NCBI GenBank assembly: GCA_964344355.1
Contig: CAYFNE010000019.1
Location: 166-64,165 of the forward strand
DNA: 64,000 bases
DNA from: an uncultured Magnetococcales bacterium
GTDB taxonomy: Bacteria; Pseudomonadota; Magnetococcia; Magnetococcales; CAYFNE01
Direction of reading: 5' to 3'
Below the pieces are notes generated by a model. The model had not been told where the DNA came from, searched no databases, and worked only from the letters and a program-made list of their open reading frames with translations. Below are positions 48,225 through 57,416 of this stretch, one piece after another; the stretch's first letter is position 1, and each line of letters begins with the position of its first letter. A program made the position numbers and the translations under genes.

Positions 48225-49404
48225 GAATCCGGGAAGAGTCCGTCTGGAATTTCGATTCCCGAAGATGGGTGAAACGGCTCAGAAGCATTCGGATCAGTTC
48301 CGCCTGGCGGTTGACGCCGGTCTTGGCAAAAATGCTCTTGAGTTGGGTACGGACGGTGTTTTGGGAAACCTGGAGCTGCTCGGCGCTTTCTTGCAGGGAA
48401 AACCCCTGCACCAACAGAGCGGCAAGACGCCCCTCGGCGCGGGTCAAGCCGTAGAGTTTGGCCAGCAGTTCTTCAGTTGGGGCCTGACTGCGCTGGGGAT
48501 CGAATACAAAGAGAGCCACGGCCGGGTGACGATCATGGCGCAGGGCAACCCGTCTGAAAATGGGGGCGATCTGAACCGTATAGGCTTGTTCGGAGACGTT
48601 TCGGGAGAGGGAAACGAACCCATCTGGCCGCCCCCCTTTCCCTTGTCCGATGTGGATGGCCCGGGCAATGCAGCGTCGCAGTTCCCGGGTTTCGTGGGCG
48701 CTGTTGGCCCGGCAGAGCCCTTCTCGACTGAGGTACAGCCCATCCTTGCGTCGGAGAATCTCTTCAGCGGCATCATTAAACTCCAGTACCCGTCCTGATT
48801 CGTCCAGGAAAAAAAGACCGAAAGGGAGTCGGTTGGTCATCCAGTCGAGCGTCCGCTTGAATCCTTCATATTTCTGGAGTAGCCGGTGGGTTTGAAAGGC
48901 GCGCTGCAGATGAGGAATAAGAACACCAATCTGATCACATATCTTAAAATCGTAACGGCCCTGGTTCTTTCCGCGCCGTAGTACCAGATCGGCGGCGCGA
49001 CCGTCATCTCGCATGAATTGCGACAAGGCCATGTGCTCTGTCCGGGTGGGCACGAAAAAATCGTTGTATACCTCACATTTTTTTAATGATTCGTAATCCC
49101 GGAACATTTGATCCAGGTATATTTCACCTGAAGGATGATGAACAATCTCATCATTCATGATGCTTCTTGAGGCATAGTACTCTTCATATTCCTGGATCTG
49201 GCGCCCATCCCAGCCCAGATTTGCGATCATTTCCGCGTGACCGGATTCCAAATGTTGGGTATAGATCGCACCATGGGTGCTGCCGGTCAAATCACGTAGC
49301 CGAATAAGGACTCGTTGCCACCCGTCATCCTCAAGTGGAGCTGAATGGATCAACTCAATCAGATTCAATAACGCTTTGAAATCATCGCTCTTCCATTCCA
49401 TCAC
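48217..49404 (-). CDS. LuxR-family transcriptional regulator with PAS-like sensory region
   Basis: C-terminal HTH LTRAEGRLAALLVQGFSLQESAEQLQVSQNTVRTQLKSIFAKTGVNRQAEL. Confidence 0.88.
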   Translation of the reverse strand: MMEWKSDDFKALLNLIELIHSAPLEDDGWQRVLIRLRDLTGSTHGAIYTQHLESGHAEMIANLGWDGRQIQEYEEYYASRSIMNDEIVHHPSGEIYLDQMFRDYESLKKCEVYNDFFVPTRTEHMALSQFMRDDGRAADLVLRRGKNQGRYDFKICDQIGVLIPHLQRAFQTHRLLQKYEGFKRTLDWMTNRLPFGLFFLDESGRVLEFNDAAEEILRRKDGLYLSREGLCRANSAHETRELRRCIARAIHIGQGKGGRPDGFVSLSRNVSEQAYTVQIAPIFRRVALRHDRHPAVALFVFDPQRSQAPTEELLAKLYGLTRAEGRLAALLVQGFSLQESAEQLQVSQNTVRTQLKSIFAKTGVNRQAELIRMLLSRFTHLRESKFQTDSSRIHG

Positions 49405-49770
49405 TCAACTTTCGCCGTGCGCACAGCCGCCTGACAGCCTGATTTTCACCAGAAAACCGGGGAGGAGCCGGCTCTCTTTCTTTATGTCATTGTTTGATGA
49501 TTTGATATGTTGTCAATGATAGGCAACGATCTCATGAGCTGACATACAGAATCCAGTCAGCCTTGATTATGGCTTAAGAGGGCGTGGGGGGGGATTCCTC
49601 TCGTCCAATTTATCCGCTCCCTGTTTTCGTTCATTAATAAAATAATGGTCGATTTGGAAGGTGTTAATGAGAATGAGACACAATGATGCGAATTCCGGAT
49701 GGTGTCTCCAACTGATACGATGTCCGACAACTCACTTCAGGCCGGAAAAAATGCCAAAAAACCGGGAACC

Positions 49771-49800
49771 ACGGATGGACACGGATAGACACGGATAGTA
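49771..49800. repeat. 10-bp tandem repeat x3 (ACGGATGGAC ACGGATAGAC ACGGATAGTA)
   Basis: Read directly from the sequence. It abuts the REPIN-like element. Confidence 0.8.
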
Positions 49801-49933
49801 ACCGTTCAGCCCCCCTTGCCAAAACCCTCCTCTGTAGGAGCCAACTTGCTGGCGAACCTTTGGAAAACAGACCGTTACACATCTCTCGTTCGCGAGCAGG
49901 CTCGCTCCTGCAAGAGGGTGTCTGAACGGTTAC
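49798..49933. repeat. REPIN-like doublet: two inverted REP units inside 12-bp perfect inverted repeats
   Basis: Outer inverted repeat GTAACCGTTCAG (49798-49809) / CTGAACGGTTAC (49922-49933). Inner units are TGTAGGAGCCAACTTGCTGGCGAAC (49833-49857) and GTTCGCGAGCAGGCTCGCTCCTGCAAG (49888-49914), in opposite orientation. Confidence 0.8.
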
Positions 49934-50158
49934 CCTCCAGGAGCCTGTAAGCATGAAAAGCTTTAAAATTTCGAGCAGATATCAAAGTTCACAACAATGA
50001 TATGAATTTCATTGACGAACCTATGGCCATTGCAGGTCGATACCAAAAAATCCATTGAAAACCAACAGGATTATGGTCGTTAGGTCATTGTGAAGCACCA
50101 CCGGTAAATCCGCAGGTCCTGCTTCCCCGATCGCTCACGTTGCAAATCATTAAATCCC

Positions 50159-50176
50159 GGGGGCCTTTCGGCCCCC
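50159..50176 (-). terminator. GC hairpin downstream of the lipoprotein gene
   Basis: GGGGGCC-tttc-GGCCCCC lies about 75 nt after the stop at 50250. T-rich sequence follows on the minus strand. Confidence 0.45.
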
Positions 50177-50249
50177 AACTCCCCCCACCTCTGGCACCAG
50201 AAGCCGAACAGCAACTGGACTTTGGTCCCTGGTCTCGCCTGGTTACGAT

Positions 50250-51707
50250 CTACTGCTGTTTTGCATGGTTGAACATATAGTTTCCCGATGAACCGGAAAT
50301 GGTGTATGACTTGTTCCCATGAGAAATATTCATCTTTCCACTATTGACGCTCCAGGAAAAATCATAGGAACTGCCGGCGGAAACCTCCGCGCTTCTGCTG
50401 CAATGCCAACCATAACCGCTACTGGGATTGTTCCAATCATTGAGGGTCTGCTCACAATAGCTGCCGGAACAACCGCTGGTGCTCAACTTATATCGCCAGG
50501 ACCAGGCTCCAGCACTTTGCAGATAGGTTCCCGCATATTTGCTGGGACAGGAGCCTCCATTGCTGTTTGAACCGCTGCTGCTCGAACTGCCGCTACTGCC
50601 CGAACTACCTCTGGAGGATTTGCAGCTCGGATGAATATTTGTGGTAGCGCCGCTTTTACTGCAGTTGGGTTTGGTGGAGCTGGAGCCGGTCGATCCGGAT
50701 TTGGTTGACGAAGTGGTGGTGCCCTCCGCCTTGTAGCTGCTGTTTTTGGCCCACAATTTATACTGGTTTTGGCACATGGTCGTGCCGACGGTGCCGTCCG
50801 GATGCCGGAATTTGTTTTTTCCCATTGATTTACACCGGGCCTGACAGCTTGCTGCCGATGCGAACAGCCCATCCTCATAAACGGACTGGTTCTCCCCACC
50901 TTTGGCGATGGCAACGGCACCACCGTCCAACTGGGCACAGATGGTCGGCGAGGGTACGCAGGCGACCTCCCGGTCTGGATAGCTGTTCGACGTAAATTCC
51001 CTGGTATAGTGATAACAGAGATAGACATTGTCCGAGATGGATATGTTGCGTTTCTTCAAGGAGGACTTCATGTGGGTTCTGGCTACATCGGAGCCCTTCA
51101 GCTGACCGGTGGTTGTGTAGCTGGAGTCCGAGGTCAGCGCGGGAATCAGGTTTGCGGCAAATCCGTCCGAATCGAACGAGGAGTCGGTCAACTTGATGTT
51201 TTGCACATAAACGCCGACATTGGCGTCGCCCTTGACCGCTGCCTTACGCACCGAGCCCGGGATGGTAATCTTGTCGTCATCCGGGTCTGAATCCAAAGAC
51301 TGTAAAAACCGAGCGATATTGAGTGCGTAAACATTGTCAATATCCGTTGTCTGGGCAATGGAATAGGGGGTGACCTCCTTTTGACCGGTCACACTCCCCA
51401 CAACGATGTCGCCAACCGCGAACGTGCAGACATCGCCCGCATCGAAGACAAACCTGCCGGAATCATCCGTAACCCCCGTATGGCTTCCGCATGTATAGTC
51501 CAAACCAGCGACCGGGCTGTCGATAAAGGTGCCTTCCAGGGATGATTGGGAAGCGGCCGAAATAGTGGAGGATGCGGAGGAGGTCGTGGTGGGAGAGATG
51601 GCGGAGCTGTCGGAAGAGCCTCCCCCACCACTTCCGCATGAAACCGTAAAAAGAGAGAACAGGGTTGCAAAGAGCAGCAGTACACGGGTCAGAGTCATCG
51701 TTTTCAC
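50250..51707 (-). CDS. Ser/Gly/Cys-rich secreted lipoprotein of unknown function
   Basis: Lipoprotein signal MKTMTLTRVLLLFATLFSLFTVSC followed by GSGGGGSS. Poly-Ser/Gly linkers and many Cys lie in the C-terminal half. GC is lower than in the core genes. I recognise no family. Confidence 0.75.
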   Translation of the reverse strand: MKTMTLTRVLLLFATLFSLFTVSCGSGGGGSSDSSAISPTTTSSASSTISAASQSSLEGTFIDSPVAGLDYTCGSHTGVTDDSGRFVFDAGDVCTFAVGDIVVGSVTGQKEVTPYSIAQTTDIDNVYALNIARFLQSLDSDPDDDKITIPGSVRKAAVKGDANVGVYVQNIKLTDSSFDSDGFAANLIPALTSDSSYTTTGQLKGSDVARTHMKSSLKKRNISISDNVYLCYHYTREFTSNSYPDREVACVPSPTICAQLDGGAVAIAKGGENQSVYEDGLFASAASCQARCKSMGKNKFRHPDGTVGTTMCQNQYKLWAKNSSYKAEGTTTSSTKSGSTGSSSTKPNCSKSGATTNIHPSCKSSRGSSGSSGSSSSSGSNSNGGSCPSKYAGTYLQSAGAWSWRYKLSTSGCSGSYCEQTLNDWNNPSSGYGWHCSRSAEVSAGSSYDFSWSVNSGKMNISHGNKSYTISGSSGNYMFNHAKQQ

Positions 51708-51775
51708 CTATTAAGAACAGAGTATTCACTATCACACAAAAATATATTTGTTACATGCCGATTCGAAATGTGTCA

Positions 51776-51805
51776 GAGGCTGTCGAAAAATCTTTCGACA
51801 GCCTC
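51776..51805. repeat. hairpin repeat copy 2 (GAGGCTGTCGAAA-aatc-TTTCGACAGCCTC)
   Basis: Perfect 13-bp stem. Related to the element at 32405-32438. Confidence 0.75.
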
Positions 51806-52230
51806 GCGAGGTCCATCCATGGACTGCCAAAAAAATCATAGTTTTTTGATGGTCAGATTTGAGTTTATTTGGAGTTGTGCGACATCAAAAACACCATTGA
51901 AGAATTTGCTTGCACCCGCGAGTTGTTATATCGCTGTTGTTTCAAATCAGAAACAACCAGCCAACCGACTCGCTTTTCACAAGAACCCGTGCAAAATAGG
52001 ATCAGTTTGCGGATAAAGCATCACCCGTTTGGGTGAGAGGATGGTTTTTTTTTGGGGTTTTTCTTTTTTTGATTTTTCGGTGAATGTGCCGGATCGACTC
52101 AAACGGACGGCCGGCCTGGTCATGGCCGGAGGGCGGCATGGTTCCGGGAGCCTGCGCAAGGGCGAATCGCCGGTTGTCGGTCGACATGTTGGTGTGGCCA
52201 CCCGGTTTCAGCAACGAGTGGGATATCCTG

Positions 52231-52620
52231 GTAAGCGATCGGGTGAGTACGTCCTGCTGGTTCACCCGATCAGCATGCGAGACCGATTGATATTCATGGG
52301 CGGGAGGGCTTCAAAATCCGCCACGGTTTGGCATTTGGGCAGTTCTGTGAAGATGAGGCGCAGGTAGGCGTAGGGCTCGAGGGCGTTGGCCATGGCTTTG
52401 GCGGTTTCGATGAGGCTATAGAGATTGGTCGAAGCGTTGGCGCCGCGGGTGGAAGAGGAAAAGAGTCATCCTCTGCGACCGACAACGAAAGGCCGGGCGG
52501 CGTTTTCCACAAGATTGGCATCGATTTCCGGTCGGCCGTCTTCCATTTTCATGGGCATCCAGCGAATCAAGTGCCACTTGGACTGCGCCAAAGACCTGCC
52601 CGGTGAAATGGACAAAGTCG
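52231..52620 (-). mobile_element. IS66-family insertion sequence remnant (terminal IR + 3' third of transposase)
   Basis: The element end starts with GTAAGCG at 52231, the IS66-family terminal motif. The adjacent minus-strand frame encodes an IS66 transposase C-terminus. No N-terminal part and no second IR were found. Confidence 0.75.
52262..52620 (-). pseudogene. IS66-family transposase fragment with premature stop
   Basis: The frame reads ...WHLIRWMPMKMEDGRPEIDANLVENAARPFVVGRRG*LFSSSTRGANASTNLYSLIETAKAMANALEPYAYLRLIFTELP...*. The in-frame TGA at 52466-52468 replaces the Trp of the conserved GRKNWLF motif. About 350 N-terminal residues are missing. Confidence 0.78.
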
Positions 52621-53009
52621 AACTCAGCGGCCGTCGAAGAGGGCTGCGGATTGAAAACCGGGTTCCCGGAGTTGTTCGAAATAACCGGGTGGATTCAAAC
52701 CGGTATCCCGTATGGCCGCTTTTCCCAGATCCATGGCCACCAGACACAGCAGGGTCAATCCCAGCAGACCCACCATGAACTCTTCTCCGTTATTCATGTT
52801 TTTTTCCCATCAAGACGTTACGGCCAAACCAGCCGGAACCCGTACCGATTTCTGACGGTGGTGGATAAATGAGTTACATTAAGCAATTATCGGGCCGTAG
52901 AATGAAAAACAAGGATTTGTTGATAAAAAACCGTTGATGGAGGCCGGGCGCAAGGGCCGGCAGCACTATTTTTTTCTTCATGTTTGCTTGAAAAAACCGA
53001 TCCATTTCA

Positions 53010-53384
53010 ATGAAGAAGCGGAAAGTGGCGGGCTGGTCCGTCGATGTCGTTGCTGTGGGAGTCGTTGATATGACGGTGAAAAAAAATGTGGTCTCGACCC
53101 GGGCCACGGCGGCGGTGGAGGTCGTGCCGGAGGTCGGGCGGAAGGATTGGCGTCACAATCCGGTTTTTTTGATCGGCGTGATCAACGCCCTGTTGATCGT
53201 CCTGTTCGGGGTCTATCTGACCTATCGCAGCCATGCCCTGGACGCCTCCGCCGTCGAACGGCACGAGGTACTGGAAAAACGGCTCAAAATGTTGGAACGG
53301 TCGGTCTGGACCGTGCGCCGGACCCAGGTTGGCGCCGGAATCGATGTGTTCGACCGGCTGGATGGTAGCATGCGGCAGCCCTGA
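53010..53384 (+). CDS. hypothetical single-pass membrane protein
   Basis: ORF with a TM helix (PVFLIGVINALLIVLFGVYLTY) and a short coiled C-terminus. No recognisable family. Start uncertain. Confidence 0.45.
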   Translation: MKKRKVAGWSVDVVAVGVVDMTVKKNVVSTRATAAVEVVPEVGRKDWRHNPVFLIGVINALLIVLFGVYLTYRSHALDASAVERHEVLEKRLKMLERSVWTVRRTQVGAGIDVFDRLDGSMRQP

Positions 53385-53639
53385 TCGCGCGGGGGTGGGG
53401 GGATCATTTGCCGGTTCCGCCGCCCCCGACCGGATTCCACGACGATCCAAACCTTTCACGATCCACCTGAAAATGGGATACTCGCAAAATACCCCCGGAA
53501 AGCCGGGTGGTGGGTGCGGGATGCTTGAACGGCCGTCGATCATACCGGGCAGGGGATGATCGGGCTTGCGGGAGGGTTTTTCGACCGTCTCCAAGGGGCC
53601 GCCGGCGTTCTTGGCCCGAGCAGGGATTGCGAGGTGGAT

Positions 53640-54665
53640 ATGTCGATATCGGATCATGAGCGGGAGACCCCCTATCGAAATTTGAAGCCCAACACCATTC
53701 TCGATGCCGTGGAGGGCGTGGGGTATCATTGCAACGGTCATCAACTGGCCTTGAACAGTTTTGAAAACCGGGTCTATCAGGTCGGGGTGGAGCCCGGCAG
53801 CGGTCCCGGGGCGGAGACGGGATTTTTGGTGGCCAAATTTTACCGGGCCGACCGTTGGAGCGACGCGGCGATCCTGGAGGAACATGAATTTTGCCGGGAG
53901 TTGGCCGAGCTGGAAATTCCGGTGGTACCCCCCCTGACGACCGGGGATGGCATCACCCTGCATCGGCACGGTCCCTTTCGCTTCAGTCTCTATCCCCGGC
54001 GCGGGGGGCGGGCGCCGGACCTGGAGTCGCTGGACAACCTGAAACAACTGGGGCGCTGTCTGGCCCGCATCCACGCCGCCGGCGCCACCCGACCGTTCAC
54101 CGTTCGGCCGGCCTTGAACGTGGAATCGTTCGGTGTCGAATCCCGGCGGTATTTGCTGGAGGGCGGTTTCGTGCCCGCGGACCTGCAACCGGCCTATAAA
54201 AGTTTGACCGATGATCTGATCCATCGCATTCGCGCCTGTTTCGACAGCGCCGGTGAGGTGGTCACCATCCGTTTGCACGGGGATTGCCATCCCGGCAATA
54301 TTCTCTGGACCGATGACGGTCCCCACTTCGTCGATTTCGATGATGCCCGCAGTGGGCCGGCCATCCAGGATTTGTGGATGTGCCTCTCCGGGGAACGGGC
54401 CGACTGTACCGCACAGCTTTCAGCCCTGCTGTCGGGATATCAGGATTTTTATGAGTTCGACGCCCGGCAGTTGCGGTTGATCGAGGCCTTGCGAACCTTG
54501 CGCATGATGCATTATGTGGCCTGGGTGGCCAAACGGTGGAACGATCCCGCCTTTCCCGTCGCCTTTCCCTGGTTCGATGGTACCCGGTTCTGGGATGAAC
54601 ATGTGCTTTCCCTCCGGGAGCAGGCGGCGATGATGGATGAACCGCCCTTGCTGTGGATGGCTTGA
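53640..54665 (+). CDS. srkA: stress response serine/threonine kinase SrkA (YihE/RdoA family)
   Basis: LNSFENRVYQV, VAKFYRADRWS, and RLHGDCHPGNILW...FVDFDDA. Internal start MSISDHE. Confidence 0.88.
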   Translation: MSISDHERETPYRNLKPNTILDAVEGVGYHCNGHQLALNSFENRVYQVGVEPGSGPGAETGFLVAKFYRADRWSDAAILEEHEFCRELAELEIPVVPPLTTGDGITLHRHGPFRFSLYPRRGGRAPDLESLDNLKQLGRCLARIHAAGATRPFTVRPALNVESFGVESRRYLLEGGFVPADLQPAYKSLTDDLIHRIRACFDSAGEVVTIRLHGDCHPGNILWTDDGPHFVDFDDARSGPAIQDLWMCLSGERADCTAQLSALLSGYQDFYEFDARQLRLIEALRTLRMMHYVAWVAKRWNDPAFPVAFPWFDGTRFWDEHVLSLREQAAMMDEPPLLWMA

Positions 54666-54714
54666 TTCCGCTTCCCGGTGAGCCGCTTGAGGACATGGAT
54701 AACAAACGATCTGA

Positions 54715-55197
54715 ATGATTATTCGAAAAAACAGACTGGTGATTACCCCTCCCCGGCGGCGATGGACACCGCTGCACAAGGGGGTTCTCCTCATTTTCAT
54801 GCTGTTGATGGCCTTTATCCTCTACAGATACAGCCGGCCCCCGGAGTATCGGGCTTACGGTACCCATCATGACCGGTGGGCCGACCCGGCCCTCGTCGAT
54901 CGTCTTGGCCACATCCCCCATGAATACAAAACCGGTTTGGAACTGTTCGAGGAACACTGTTCCGGGTGCCATGGCAAATGGGGGGAGGGGAGCAAAACCG
55001 GTCCACCGTTGATTCACTTTTATTATACCTCCAAACGGGTGTCCGATGCCGATATCCACCGGGCCATCCGCAGTGGCGTTCCGGCCCACCATTGGGGTTT
55101 CGGCCGCATGCCGCCGATAACCGACATCCCGACCGGAAAGGTGCGCGATGTCATCGGGTTCGTGCGCTGGTTGCAGCGGGAAAACGGCATCCACTGA
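54715..55197 (+). CDS. membrane-anchored c-type cytochrome (class I)
   Basis: N-terminal TM anchor. Heme-binding CSGCHG. Distal Met in FGRMPP. Confidence 0.8.
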   Translation: MIIRKNRLVITPPRRRWTPLHKGVLLIFMLLMAFILYRYSRPPEYRAYGTHHDRWADPALVDRLGHIPHEYKTGLELFEEHCSGCHGKWGEGSKTGPPLIHFYYTSKRVSDADIHRAIRSGVPAHHWGFGRMPPITDIPTGKVRDVIGFVRWLQRENGIH

Positions 55198-55362
55198 GAC
55201 CGTTCGGGCCAACGGCGGATTGCTTTTTTAATGATATATATTTTAGCGCGTGCTTGATTTAAAGACGATTGAACAAGCTGGAACAACTGTTCAGGTAACC
55301 GGAAGTCCCGGGCTTGGATCATCGTGCCGATGGGGGCGGCCTGCCCGGTCGATAGGGGGGGG

Positions 55363-55794
55363 ATGATGAAACGGTTTGAAGTGGCAGTGATTTTTTTGGT
55401 TTTAGCGTTGTTTTGGTACTGGACCACCACGCCGGGTTATTATCTGGCGGCGGTTCAACTCATGGAAAAAAAGGGCGAGGAGAGCGGGATTTGGTTGTGG
55501 AAAGGGTTGGTGGCCTGTGGCGAGCGGTCCATCGATCCGGTCATCGAGGCCATCACCGTCCATTCACCGTGGACCAGAAATTATGCGTATCTGCCACGGG
55601 TGCTGGCGGATTTGGGGGAAGTGGCCAAAACCCGGCTGGAGGCGGCCATTCGCCGGGAAAACCGGCCTATGCAAAAACTCTATTTGATTTATGCCCTGTT
55701 TCATGGTTTTGGTGATAATTCATTCAATGAGGTGGCTTTTGAAATAATTGACACCATGGAAAGCCCCTCACTTAAACACCGGTTCAGTCAGTGA
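55363..55794 (+). CDS. hypothetical membrane-anchored helical-repeat protein
   Basis: Start MMKRFEVAVIFLVLALFWYW (TM). The rest is predicted helical. No family assigned. Confidence 0.5.
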   Translation: MMKRFEVAVIFLVLALFWYWTTTPGYYLAAVQLMEKKGEESGIWLWKGLVACGERSIDPVIEAITVHSPWTRNYAYLPRVLADLGEVAKTRLEAAIRRENRPMQKLYLIYALFHGFGDNSFNEVAFEIIDTMESPSLKHRFSQ

Positions 55795-55857
55795 TCGTGG
55801 CGGTGACCGGTTTTTTTACCGGCTTATGATGGCCAAATCTGTTTTGGGGGAACAGTT

Positions 55858-56574
55858 ATGGGGCGTGGTTTTCGATATGAATGGATGAAAGGTCTGTCGT
55901 TTGTTTTTTTGCTGGTTTTCACCATAATTCCCGGTGCCCAAGCTTGTTTGTGGGATGAGGACAGCTTGCGCATGGAGGCCCAGGGGTTGCCGGAGACGGC
56001 GGCGGTTCTCACCGGCTGGTTCGAGCGCAATCCACCCCGATATTATGAAATGCGCCTGACACGGTCGGCGGCGGAGATCGAAAAAAATCCGGACCACCTG
56101 GAAGCCTATGACAACGCCGGTGTCGCCGCCGATCGTCTCGGGCGGGGGGAGGAGGCGTTGGCCTGGATGGATCGCAAACATCAACGCCTGGAGCGGATGG
56201 ACCCGGCAGCCGAGCGCACCCGGGAACACCGTTATCGCTATCTGGCCAATCGGGGCACCTTCCTGGTACATCACTGGTTGCGCCAGGGCGCCAAAGTGGA
56301 AAACTTATCCACATTGGCACAGTCCCGTGACATGATCGCCGAGGCCGTGGCCCTCAATCCCGATGCCCATTTTGGTCGTGAACGGTATCAACTGGCGGCC
56401 ATGACCTGGCTGTTGATGGCCCTGGAAGGGAAAACGGAGGCCGCAGAGACCCCACCAGAATATCGTTCTCTGCTGACATTTGTCGAAAATTATCCAAAGC
56501 AGACAAGCAGCAAATGGAACCAGGTCCAAAATGGTTGTTCGACCATTTCTGCCTGGTTTGCAATGGCGGTTTGA
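55858..56574 (+). CDS. hypothetical secreted TPR-like protein
   Basis: Signal peptide ...FLLVFTIIPGAQA followed by CLWDEDSL. Helical repeats with a TPR flavour (LEAYDNAGVAADRLGRGEEALAWM). Confidence 0.55.
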   Translation: MGRGFRYEWMKGLSFVFLLVFTIIPGAQACLWDEDSLRMEAQGLPETAAVLTGWFERNPPRYYEMRLTRSAAEIEKNPDHLEAYDNAGVAADRLGRGEEALAWMDRKHQRLERMDPAAERTREHRYRYLANRGTFLVHHWLRQGAKVENLSTLAQSRDMIAEAVALNPDAHFGRERYQLAAMTWLLMALEGKTEAAETPPEYRSLLTFVENYPKQTSSKWNQVQNGCSTISAWFAMAV

Positions 56575-57236
56575 CCAGTTCCCGGGTTTTGGCCTGTCCC
56601 CATTGCCAGGCTCGGTTGGATCCGGCTCATTGGATTTTTTTTGACGCCGCTCGGGATGAGATGGACTTCAAACGGATGACCGGCGCCCGTCACACGGTCC
56701 GGATCATCTTCTGGGTGGTGGTTCTGTCAGCGGTTGCCTGGGGTAGCAGACCGTATTGGCCGGAGTGGTATGAACAGTCTGTTTCACCGCCTGACCATTT
56801 TCAGGTTTTGGTCCGGAATGATGATGGTACGGTTCATACCGTGGAGTGGCATCTTTTTCAGAATGCTTGGCGGAAATACTCCAAAAAATGGTCTCTTTTT
56901 GAGCGACTGGGAAACGGTGGCCATGATTATCTCGCCATCGGTGGCGATCGTTTGAGCTATACCATTCATTCTTCTTCAGCGGCGGTGAAAAAAGTGGATT
57001 TATCCGTCTTCGATCGAAACGGTACGATCGGGTTCATGGGTGCTTACGAAATTCGGGATGGCGCCGTTGTGCCCCGTTTTGCCTGGAATCTCAATTTCGA
57101 TGCCGGAATCGTGATTTTTCTGCTGGTTGCCGGATTCATCTGGTCTTCGGTTTCCAAACTGATCATTCCACTGGTCTATTTCCCCTGGCATTGGATTCGG
57201 GGTCGATCCGAGTCGATACCGTCGTCCCGGACTTGA
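56514..57236 (+). CDS. hypothetical zinc-ribbon membrane protein
   Basis: CLVCNGG...LACPHC (CxxC...CxxC) is followed by a TM helix (IIFWVVVLSAVAWG) and a C-terminal TM (IVIFLLVAGFIW). It overlaps the upstream ORF by about 60 nt. Start uncertain. Confidence 0.5.
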   Translation: MEPGPKWLFDHFCLVCNGGLTSSRVLACPHCQARLDPAHWIFFDAARDEMDFKRMTGARHTVRIIFWVVVLSAVAWGSRPYWPEWYEQSVSPPDHFQVLVRNDDGTVHTVEWHLFQNAWRKYSKKWSLFERLGNGGHDYLAIGGDRLSYTIHSSSAAVKKVDLSVFDRNGTIGFMGAYEIRDGAVVPRFAWNLNFDAGIVIFLLVAGFIWSSVSKLIIPLVYFPWHWIRGRSESIPSSRT

Positions 57237-57416
57237 TGTTTTTCGATACCCTCAAGGGAGGATGCGATCGTTCGAATCGCCACTGACTTGTGTTCATGGC
57301 CGTCAGTCCGACATAAAAAAATCCTGGGGAAACCGATGGGGTTTGCGGCATGGTTCCTGCTGAATGGGGAGCATGTCTTTTACCGCAACAATCCGTCGAG
57401 CACCATTTGGAGAACT

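Noticed and set aside
52620-52797. 57-aa minus-strand ORF (MNNGEEFMVGLLGLTLLCLVAMDLGK...) upstream of the IS66 fragment
   Set aside because: It is short, sits within a decaying IS/junk region, and has no RBS or homology that I can support.
53007-54326. 439-aa minus-strand ORF
   Set aside because: It is antisense to srkA, whose kinase motifs are clear, and to the small membrane ORF. Its composition is Gly/Pro/Arg-rich.
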